A stretch of DNA of 64,000 nt from Trichosphaerium sp. ATCC 40318 (Eukaryota; Protista; Tubulinea), in assembly GCA_038496445.1 (NCBI GenBank), contig JALMLS010000030.1, positions 136,516 to 200,515 of the forward strand, given 5' to 3'. The position numbers and the translations under genes are program-made. This document shows, piece by piece, positions 25,562 through 36,281 of the stretch (position 1 is the first letter of the stretch; each line of letters opens with the position of its first letter). The notes beneath the pieces were generated by a model. It saw only the letters and a program-made list of their open reading frames with translations, did no database searches and had not been told where the DNA came from.

Positions 25562-28515
25562 TAGCAACAAAACAAGATATTTACAATCTCGGTTTTTTCT
25601 TACTTATTGCGCACCGTAATCTCTGATCAGTCTGCTAGATATGAAGCAAAATGAACAGAAAAACAAAAATGACAAAACAAGTACTGTAATCCAGGTTGTA
25701 ATATGTAAAACGTTTTATTTTATCTATGGGTTGCAGATTTTTTTGTTTGACAACGAGTCATGTAAAAATCAAGTCAAAGAGAAAACAAAAAAAGCTAGAA
25801 TCAAGGAGGCGTAGGTGTAGATGTAGGCATAGTACAAAGCTCTTCACATCCTCTTATGATATCAACAGCCATAGGAGGACCACCATATCCTTCCTGTCTC
25901 TTAACTGGCGCTGTTGTTGGGTCCGTTATTGGTGCGAAATATCTGCTGCAACAAAAATCTGTATCACCTCCTCCGTTAATCTCGTGGCGACGAGTAGGTG
26001 AAGGATCCTCATCAATACGAACAAAAATAGTATCATCTCCTAAACCACCAAGGAAACGTAAATTATCGTTGTAGACAATACCCCAGTCCAAAATATCTAC
26101 AACATCATCACCTGACCCAGCAATGATATTGTCACCCAATGCAAAATCATATCCCTGAACACAATCATCTCCGCTTCCCGCTAAATAAAGTCTTTAACTC
26201 ATTATTGCATTGTAGAATGAATATGGCCCTAGTAAACTTTGGAGAGAGTATTTTGCGCGGTTTTTTAACATGATAAGAAAAAATTAAGAATATATGTCTG
26301 TGCATACCTCTTGTTTGTCCAAAGACGGCCATATCAGTATATACTACACAATCATTTCCAGCATTAAGAAAAACATCACCAATGCCAGTACCTCCCTCAG
26401 TGGAACGTTTATGAGCAGGTTTGGTATTATTATTTTTAATTCTTAGTTCCTCATTTCGTTTACTGTTTTGTTGTTGATAATTTAGTCCTTCTTTAATCAT
26501 CATCCTGAAATAATTATCCATAGGGGAATCGTCTTGAGCAACTATGGAAAGGTGTCTTAGTACATGAAGAAAAGAAAATAAACGTTAATTGAAGACAGTA
26601 ATTTTTGTTTCTGTTCATGAAAATCGCCCAAAAAAAAAAAAAGATCACGTACTAGCACCCAAGTCACGTAATGTCATACTTCCATCTCTTTTCTTCTTAT
26701 CAGATTGTCCAAAGAGCTCAAAATCAATATTAAATAGCAAACAATCATCACCACTTCCCATACGGAATTCTTCATTCCTAAAGGTACAATATTAGCAACT
26801 TGGTTATGATGAACAATAAAAATACTTACCCTGTAATACGCTCAAAAGAAAAAATAGCATCATTTCCAGATCCTGTATTTATATCACCTGTTTGATGATT
26901 AAAACCAATATGACAATCATCACCACCTCCTGTATCAAAAGGTTATATTCTGTGTTCAAAAACACAAAAAACACTAAAGCAGCAACGCAAGTAACGTACC
27001 CATTACCATATCTCCTTCGTGGTAACTACCTGGAACCATTACTACATTGTCATTCCCTCCTTTTAGATCTACTTGTGAATACAGCTCGGCACCAAATTCA
27101 AGGATGAGACAGTCATCCCCATTCGTTCCAGTAATGGTGCCATAAAATTGAACACCCGGCTCGATGAGAATACAAGGATATGATAAATCCCTTTCCATAT
27201 CGACTTGCATAAATGTATCAGAAACAACAAATAAAGCACTTAGTCTTATAAAATACCAAACCGTAGCCACATGATGTTGATGTAAAAAAAAAAAAAAAAA
27301 CACAAAAAACTGCACGTACTGTTTCTATCTACATGGTCGGTTCCTATTATCCAACACTCACCAGCTGTTACCCTTTGAAAGCAATCCTCTCCTGTTTCAA
27401 AGCAGGATGTGATATCACAGTCCAAGCATCTATCACAAATCTCAGGTTCATACTGGGCAAATGCCATTACAAAAACTAGAAAGACAATTATGTTACTTCC
27501 ACATTATAACAAGAAAAAAACAGCAGAAAATTAATATAGAAGCCTTCTGATTATACGTACGCGTGCATAGCACAACTAAGATTGTACTTCTATTCATATT
27601 TCACTTGTTGCTGTTGTTGGTTTGGTTCGTTTGTTTAATTTATTCGGGTGATCTCGGATGGTTTTTTTGCGTGATTTGACGAGGATTTTTTGAATCTCAA
27701 ACACAAAAAAGGCGCTGAAAGAACACCCTACTTCTACATAAATTAGAAACGGTTTAACACAAGGTTTACATTTTAACGTTCGGCTCAAATACATTATTAG
27801 GTTCATCTATACGCTCCGCAGTACTACATCTCGCCAATAGTATTGAAGTCTCTTTTTTTTTTGACTTTTAAGAGGTTAGTGGAGCGTTTACATCTCCGAA
27901 TATTGTTTGTACAACGTAAAATCACGTGTCGACAATATATAACGAATGTTCTAAATGAAAGGTTTGACGAGAAGTCTCGAGGATTTGATTCATTGAATAC
28001 TGACAAGTGTGTCACGTGATGCTTAAAGTTTGTCCGATGAATACCCGATGCGCTATTCAATGAAAACACTCTCTGTATTTCACATGTTTGTTGTTATTAG
28101 GCTTCCAGATGAAACAAAGTCCACTGAATAGTCTGGAGAGCATTAATGTGTATACAATACAATGTCTTATTTACATATTTTTGGGGTGTTTGCTGTTTGA
28201 CTTGCTGCTTTTGCTGGTCTAGTGTTGGCGTTGGTGTTTGAAATAAAAGATTACAAATCATTTAACGAAGACTAAAGCATTACCTTGCGCACACAGATAT
28301 CTCTTGGTCTTAGAAGTGGTATAATTACTCACTAATCAACTTTTAACACTTGTGACAATGTGTGGAGTTGTTGATACTATTCGTTATAAATTTGATGCAA
28401 GTACATAAGACTTGGCATCAGTAGAGCTACGACTGTAGCTTCAAAATGCTTGTTTGCTGTAACATAATATGTGATTGAATGGTAAATTCGTTTGTATTTT
28501 CTCAGAGTAAGCCGA
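25562..28515 (-). repeat. Copy B of the inverted segmental duplication (partner 11624-14963)
   Basis: Reverse complement aligns to copy A from tcggcttac...gagaaaatacaaacg through aaccgagattgt. Confidence 0.95.
25801..27597 (-). CDS. Secreted RTX-like GxGxD-repeat protein, copy B
   Basis: Same exon structure as 12783-14737; ATG at 27597; ends CTMPTSTPTPP*. Confidence 0.8.
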
Positions 28516-29163
28516 TACAAGATCAGTTTTAGGTTCATTTAGAGAAGGTGCTCGTTTATTGATATGTCGTTTCATTGTGCAATGTACGGTTTGTTGTAAA
28601 TTGAAGCCACCTACCTGGTCTTCCAGGTGTAATACCTTTTCTTATCGAATCATGCAAGCATCTGGTAGATATCCAACAAATTCGTAAGGGAAGGTATCCA
28701 ATGTGTGGAAGCCAGCTAGTAGAAAACAATTAGATTTACTATACTTTGTCTGGGCTTAACCTGTTGCATCTTTGTAGTATATCCGTAACAATTCACCATT
28801 AGTAGTAACACAAATAAATGGATTGAGCTTGAAAGCAAACAAGTTAGCAAGAACAAAAAAAAGAAGGAAAGATGATATCAGTCAAGGGAATGCGTACTTA
28901 GTCCTTCGGTTTTAAAGTCGTTAAAGACATACTTAGAGCCTCCAGCAATTTCCCCGTCAGCACAGGCTGATACTACAAAATGTGAATGAGATTGATCAAG
29001 GGTCAAAAAAGTGACAACACTGTTGACATACAAACTAAGTGGCCTTCACTAGCAAAATGATAGATTTTAGAGGTTCAATCAAAACACCATTCAATCGATG
29101 AAATAATGAAATTTGAGTAATGCATTTGTGAAAAAAATTCAAGTAAATCGTTTCAATCTCCAA

Positions 29164-29619
29164 TGTTTAGATTGGAACAATGATCATGTATGAGACAGTA
29201 TTCTTTTGGACACTTCACAACCTTCATTGTAATGTTTTGAGATGGCTTCTTGGAGTAGGTTTTGCGTAAGTGAAATCATAATTTTGTAATAGCCATAGGA
29301 TGTCGCTTTTCCCATTGAATAACACGTGATAGTTGGCTTATGGAGCAATGTTTGCTCGTATTTACAGAATTGGTCAAATATTTTTTGAAAAACGTTTGGC
29401 AGTCAAAACAGTCACCAACAGGATGATCCTTCCAATTGTTACTGGTATCGTTGTCACTGAGGTGCTGATATTGGCTATATGGACAGGTGTGAGTCCATCA
29501 AGAGCTGAATGTAAAGATGCGTCAACACCACACATTCTATCTGATGACTACTTTGAATGTTCAAACACAACAACAGATAGTGTGTTCATGTCAATACTAA
29601 TTGCTTTAAATACTTGTAT
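29164..29619 (+). pseudogene. Class C GPCR pseudogene, piece 1 (TM2-TM5)
   Basis: Highly similar to 38600-39055 (LAYGAMFARIYRIGQIFFEKRL); no ectodomain; small deletion after cacttcac; stops abruptly within TM5. Confidence 0.85.
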
Positions 29620-29734
29620 CATATTATTCATTATTGTAACCGGAGAAAGGTGATCACTATGGCAAACTTACATAGAATAAGGTAAACTTCTTATTTTATT
29701 TATTCAATTGAATAGTTGTTTACTTTTACAGGCT

Positions 29735-32700
29735 TTACGAGTTGTATTCTGACTCCGTGACGGTTGTATTTCTAAATAATATTTAATGATAGTATGAAAA
29801 GTTTTAGACGCACTTTGTATAAGAAGTGCCTACAGAAGATGACCTTGACGAGTTTACACTTGCCACGAAAGTTGAAAAACGTGTCTTATGCAAGAAAATA
29901 GAGTTGACAGTAATAGCTAACAACAAGTTAATATCACGTGCAAGTAGGGTTTTTTTAAATGTTTGTACTGGATCCCAATATAATGAATAACGATAGAAGG
30001 AAGAACTGGGTAAATCTTTCTATACGTGAGAGCGCAAGAGCAAAACAAAGCAATGGGAAAAAAGTTACATTGTAAACAGAAAAGAAAATGAGTTTGGACT
30101 CATTAAACTGCTTGATTGGTATCAATCGAACTCTAAAAGCTACAATGCTTGTAACCAGTAGTAATATACCCTATTAAAGAGTTCAGCAACTTGCACAAAG
30201 AATAAAACTTACGTTACAAGCAGCAATGATGTACACAATAATGTTATATCCAGGCTTCATTTCACAGCTATAGTAATTATTATTGACTCGAATAGCATCT
30301 AGTACAACTATTCCTCTCTTCGGCAGACCGACAACGGACTAGTAGGTATACTTTTAGCTTCACAGCGAGAGATTTTAGATACTAGTCACATACCGTAACA
30401 ATCAACAAAACAGTGTGAGCACCAACAAGTACAAGAACCCAAAGAAGCACTGTTTTATCTGTAATTTTAAAAATTTCTGCTGTTTTGTTGGAGTACAAGC
30501 GCTCTACACGAAGAGTTTTTGCGAACAAAGGCCTTAAAGGTGTTATTAATATTGAACTCAATAACGTTGAACACTTCATACCCGAATAATAATATAAAAC
30601 CAAGATCAAGCATCCACGCTCTAAAGTAGCAACCTGTTGTAGTCACTACATTAGGAAGAAGAGTAAAAACACTTCCAATGAGAATACTGCTACCGAAGAG
30701 CATGATGCCCATGAAAAGAGGTGATGATCCCTAGAGAAAAATTTAACCAACAATTTCTTCAGCAAAAAAAGTGAAAGATCACAAAAATCCACGTGATACT
30801 TGACATACTTTTACTTTTTTGTCTTTGATATTTAGTATCAAGAATATCAGCCAAGCGATGTTAACAAGGAAAAATACTATTGCCAAAATAGTTATAAACA
30901 CTTCTGTCAAATGGCCTAACAAACTATTAATTTCGTCACGTGTTAGCTTCTAGTAGATGGTACCATATTGAGGATCAAATATACGTTCTTTCCATGTTGG
31001 CATTGGATATATAAGCTCTTTGACTTCTGTCCTTATAGGCGCTAACAAATATGTTTAGTTGAATGGTTTTGGTTATGATAAGTTCTTCAGCACCTATTAG
31101 ATCAAATGTTCCTTTTTCTTGGCTCTGTAATAATAACCAATCTCTTTGTTGCGCAGAATTTGAATCCCAAGAATAACATCCAGTTATAGTATCAAGTTTA
31201 AGACGGAAAATCTCATCATAAAGTACGTCGTATATCTAAAACACATAAGTCGACAAAGGATATTTTTCACATCTCAAGAAAAAATACACACGTTTTTTTC
31301 ATTACATCCAGAGCTGTTGTTTTCTTGTAAAAGTACAAGCTGTGATTCTGTAGTCAACTAAAAGAACCAAAAGTGTCAGCTCAAGTGTCTTTCTTCAGTA
31401 GTTTTTATCTGTACGTACTGCCACTCTTGAACCGTACTTTTGTACAGCGGTATTTATGGATTGTTGGTACATTGCAAACATTGCTAGAAGACTAGGGAAT
31501 GAGGCATGAAAATGAGTTACACCACGACTGAATAGCTCTTCTTCAACATCTTTGTATGTGCCAAACATACCAGTCTTCGGAAACTTTGTGTCTGTGTGCG
31601 ACTGCGAAATATTAACTATTAAAAGACGATATTTGAAAATGCGTACAAGTCCTGTTCCACACGTGTACCACCACAAGTCGGTATCAAATAAAAAAAAGAA
31701 GTCTTGAATACCATGAGTGAGACCAACATATCTCGGTGTATAATCTTCATCTCTCAAGGTCTTCATCATGAGGCCTGTAGCATCGAAAGAATTGTACAAT
31801 ACAACCTTTAAGGGTTTAAGGAACTGGTTTTTTTGCTTGAAGAGTGTACCATGAATCAGCATCGTCATCCTTAGCAAGAAGTGCTGTAGCACTTATATTT
31901 CTTTTTACATCATCTGGATAATTATCATGAGGTCCTGAAGCGACGGCAAATATATTTGGAGCTAGTGCCTGGTCAGACTTGAACAGGATAAAAAAAAACT
32001 TCAACTTACGATCTAATATTGCATACTCTGACTTTACAGTGAAACCCTGAAGAGCTAACTCATCACGCAACAACTCGCTATGACATCTATAAAGTGTTTT
32101 AACGCGATAATAAGGTATAAAGCCGACGTACCTCCTTGATATTATATCATCTCCTTCCGAATAAAATAATGTAACTGTCTTAGCACCAACTCTTCTTAAG
32201 TTAGGTAGAGATACGTGGAAGGAAGATTCAGCGTTTAGACCAGTAGATAGAGAGTAACTTGTTCCTGCAGCAAGCTGGTTGAACTCGTTACCAGTAGACA
32301 CTTTTTGGAACAAAAAAAAGTTAGTACGAGTTGTTACGAGGTTTTTCTGACAACACAATAAACTGTGTTCGCCTCAAATAATAGAGTGTAAAAAAATTGA
32401 TAATTTTTTTCGGTTCTACGTTTGCAGAACAAACCCAAAAAAAGAAGTTGTTATTTGAACCCATTAAAATTAGGAAGTACGTACTTAGTACACGTTCTTG
32501 CTCTGCTAGGTCTACTATTGGTTGCGACTGTCGTGAGTCCGGTGCGATAAATAAACAAGTTGAGTTATCATTAAACCAGTCGGTGTATATTTGATTTACA
32601 ACAGTCTGGTTTCTTTCGCCGTCTTTAATCCTAAAAAAGGTAAGTTCCTTTAGGAAGTGGACTTCGAAAAAAAAACAATGCAACCATCTTTAGAGCGGGT

Positions 32701-33076
32701 TTACATACTGCACAATAGCATGTATTCAAGGGTAAAGACGTACTCTTACTGCAACCCGATTTTTTCACCGTTTATGTCGACAAAAGCGTCATTCTCTACT
32801 ATCCATTCTTCGATGTAGTCGAACAAGATTCTATTGGTAACAACAAAAATAAGCACTTTTTTTTTTTTCGAAATGAACGAGAAACTTCGCTATCACGGTA
32901 CCTTACATCCTCAAGGAAAAATGGAGTACCTCCTGAATTATAAACAACACCTTTTTACACTATAATTAGTTCAATAGACTTCAAGTTAGTTGTACAGTAC
33001 CTATTGTTATATTGCGCTCTGCAATACAAGTTGCTATTAAGCAAACTATTGCGAGAAGTACTTCGTGCAACTTCAT
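29735..33076 (-). CDS. Class C (GABA-B/Grl-like) GPCR, subfamily B: signal peptide, Venus-flytrap domain, 7TM, short Ser-rich tail
   Basis: MKLHEVLLAIVCLIATCIA signal; IYPMPTWKERIF linker; GCYFRAWMLDLGFILLFG; FNESKLIFFSVYN; TM7 ending SIFLHK. Confidence 0.8.
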
Positions 33077-33189
33077 AATGAGAACTGTGTTCAAAGTATG
33101 TTTTGTTTGACTTAAGCAAAGTTTAAATGCAGACGCAACCAGACAACACAGATTCGCCACCCCTATTTGTTCAAAGATTTGTCGGGTCC

Positions 33190-34162
33190 ATGTGTATTGT
33201 TGTATGGCATTTATTGGGTGTTCAGAATATGGAAATTGAAAGCAGTTCTTTACAACGAATCAAAGTACGAGAGCAGCAATATTGAAAATCTTTCTGACTG
33301 ATTTCAAATAGATCAATTGGATTCGCAGTTTACACTCACATTCTTTATCTGTAAGAGGGTAAGGTAGTCAAGAGTAGTGGTTGAGCTGTTGTATAGTATT
33401 TATTATGGTCTTAAGGACCGTGTACATTAAGTAGAGTACGGTGAACGTCAGTTGAACCGTCAATGTGATTCCTGTTGACTTTCCACCTTACATATCATCA
33501 TCTTCATCATCGTTCAGGTACCACTTTATTGTATTTAATGAAAATATGCTTAATACTTGTGTAGGTGTTTGGAAGCAGCTATCGTTCAGTTGCGTTTATT
33601 CTCCGTTTTTGCAGTGCTTTATTAAAGCCAAATAATCAATCAAAACAAGCATATTTTGTGAATGGGGAGAAGTTGATGCTTTCAAAATAATAATGACTGA
33701 CAAAATATAAAAAATATTTTAGTCAAACAACAATGAATTTAAGTGTCTTCTCTCTATCTAATCAATTTAGCTAGCGATTTTTGTTTCATATAATCTGAAA
33801 TAAAAAAAATTATAAACTAAAGTCATTTTGCAATATCAGTATTACATGACACTTTCAAAAGAACAACTTTCTCTCTATGATAGACAAAGTGATAAAAGAA
33901 CACCATTATCAAATATATCGCAAACAATGACAACAATGCAAGAGTTACAAGCGACCAATGATACACTACGAGAGACACTGAAGAAATACTATCAACAGGA
34001 AGAAAACGCAAAACAATCAAATGCAGCAACAACAGCAATACAAGAGTTGCAAGCAACCATTGATAAACTAAACTACAAAAAGAACTGAAGGAATGCAAAC
34101 AAGAAGAAAATGAGAAACAATCAGATGAAACATATGACTCAGACTCAGAGATAGTGTTGTAG
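33190..34162 (+). pseudogene. Class C GPCR pseudogene, piece 2 (TM5 to tail), with insertions and a frameshift
   Basis: Resumes where piece 1 stops (catgtgtattgttgtatggc...YNESK); interrupted at 33350-33492 and about 33607-33838; frameshift in the coiled-coil tail. Confidence 0.85.
33350..33492 (-). mobile_element. 143-bp solo-LTR-like (or Ginger-type MITE) insertion
   Basis: Termini TGTAAG...CTTACA, 4-bp target-site duplication TATC (33346-49 and 33493-96), internal AATAAA on the minus strand; empty site ttctttatcatcatc in the paralogs near 39200 and 54835. Confidence 0.8.
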
Positions 34163-34305
34163 TCACAACAGCAATCATTAATTTTAGATGTTCATCGTTC
34201 AATAAATAATAATATTACTGATGTTGTCAAAAGGAGTTCACACCGTCAGGGTATGGAACACTCTTATTGTTCTGTCAACATAGATCAAGTCAGAAAATAA
34301 TAAGA

Positions 34306-34573
34306 AAAAATAGTATCATAAGATTGTATATTGTGTTTCCCTAGAAACTAAAGTCGTTTTACTGATTCATGTGCAGAGTACATGACTTAACAGCCAGCAC
34401 AAATGCTTCAGAAAAGGAAGAGATACGACTTTTTTTATATCCAAAAAGCAGCTACTCCGACAGTAAACAGCAGTTTTTTATAAACATGAAATGTACAAGT
34501 ACGCCACAAAATGAAGAAATGATTATTTTTTTGTGTTTTTATTTAGAACAACCTCAAAGCTGTCTCTATTGCA
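34306..34573 (+). repeat. Inverted repeat partner of 40042-40605 (decayed gene-like segment)
   Basis: ORFs 34369..34590 and 39948..40247 share LTAST.ASEKEEIR.FLYPKSSYSDSKQQFFINMKC; this copy lacks about 310 bp. Confidence 0.85.
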
Positions 34574-34684
34574 TTTCAAATACGTTTTAACGCGTAAAAT
34601 AGCACTTTGATCAAATTTAAAAGGAGTTAAATTAAATACCGGCTTATTTTCACTTGTATTCGCTCTAAATACTTCACGCAATAG

Positions 34685-35886
34685 CTATCATTATAGATAA
34701 TGGATCTGGGATGATAAAAGCCGGTTTCTCAGGAGAAGATGCTCCACGAGCTGTCTTTCCATCAGTTGTAGGTCGCTATTCATCAGATACCACTGGCAGC
34801 GCGTTCATTGGCTACGAAGCACAATCTACACATGGTAAAACGGTATTGACAAGACCAATAAATCGTGGCGTTGTAACCGACATGGATGACATGCAAAGGA
34901 CGTGGAACCATACCTTCGAAAACGAACTACGTGCTAAGCCAGAGGATCACCCTGTTCTCCTCACTGAAGCCCCACTAAATCTAAAATCTAACCGGTACAA
35001 TTTTCTGCTTTTTTATTCACTTTTTTTCTGACATTCTTTCGTCAGAGAAAAAATGACTGAAATCATGTTTGAGACTTTTAAAACACCTGCAATGTATTTA
35101 TCAACACCGGAAGTACTCTCCTTATTCGCTTCTGGACGAACAACTGGTATGCAACAGTACAAGCTTCTGATTGTATCGAAAACAGTTTATTTGCTTACTT
35201 TTTGTTGAGGTATTGTACTCGATTCTGGCTTTGGTGTTACCCATGCTGTACCAATATACGAAGGATACGCTGTTACTCATGCTATATCACGTGTATATAT
35301 TGGTGGTTATGATCTAGACGAATACTTACAGTCGATGCTCAATGAAAGCGGTTGCTCTTTCAAAACGGAACAAAAACTTGATATTGTTCGTGACATTAAA
35401 GAGAACCTCTGTTATGTTGCTCTTGACTTTGAAGAAGAGAAAATAAAGCAAATACAATCAGATTCTCTTGAGAAGACCTACAGCGTTCCTATTAAATCTC
35501 ATATTGGCGCTGAACGCTTCAAGTGCCCAGAATCTCTGTTCAAACCTTCTTTGATTGGATTGGAATCACGTGGAATACATGAACTGATAAACAAGTCAAT
35601 TATGATGTGTGACTATGATATACGTAGGCAGATGTATGGTAATGTTATACTATCTGGTGGAAACACAATGTTTGAAGGTATTGATCAGCGTTTACATAAG
35701 GAGTTATCTGCTATTGCTTCGCCTTCTGATGTCAAGGTAAAGATTGTTGCTCCACCAGAGAGAAAACATTCAGCTTGGATTGGAGGATCTATCCTTGCTG
35801 ACCTTCCTACTTTTGGTGATATGTGTATAAGAAAAGAAGAATATGACGAGTGTGGCGCATCTGTTGTCCATAGAAAGTGCGTATAA
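34685..35886 (+). CDS. Divergent actin / actin-related protein; first exon not found
   Basis: [77 protein letters not shown]; two GT-AG introns. Confidence 0.85.
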
Positions 35887-36147
35887 CTCTGTACTCTCAA
35901 AAAGGTCACGTGGTGTAAACAAACCCTCACTGCGATGAATACAACAAAAATATTGAATATAATTGTGATCGCTAGAAACGGCATTTATACTCACAATGCT
36001 GAATATACTCTTGGACTAACTACAACCAAACCTACAATATAAGGGTAACTGACTTTTACATTATTCGTTTCATATTGTCTCATTCAATAATTAGAGGTTC
36101 TAACAATTTGTTTGTTTGTTACTTTGGACTCATTGCTATTAATAATA

Positions 36148-36185
36148 AAACTTGTTCGAAAAAACTTGTTCGAAAAATTGTTCTT
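36148..36185 (+). promoter_or_regulatory. Tandem TTGTTCGAAAAA motif upstream of the GPCR
   Basis: aaaacttgttcgaaaaaacttgttcgaaaaattgttc about 100-135 bp before the ATG; same motif at 51881-51914 and 60468-60562. Confidence 0.45.
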
Positions 36186-36281
36186 AGAGAAGAGTACTGT
36201 GAAAAATACCTTGCAGAAATTACACTCCTAGCTACTTAACGTTTCTATTCAAGTCATATCCACAAATAAAACGGTGTCAAC

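Noticed and set aside
28520-29100. Minus-strand gene fragment with splice-like signals
   Set aside because: I could not join the putative exons into a stop-free frame or recognise a domain
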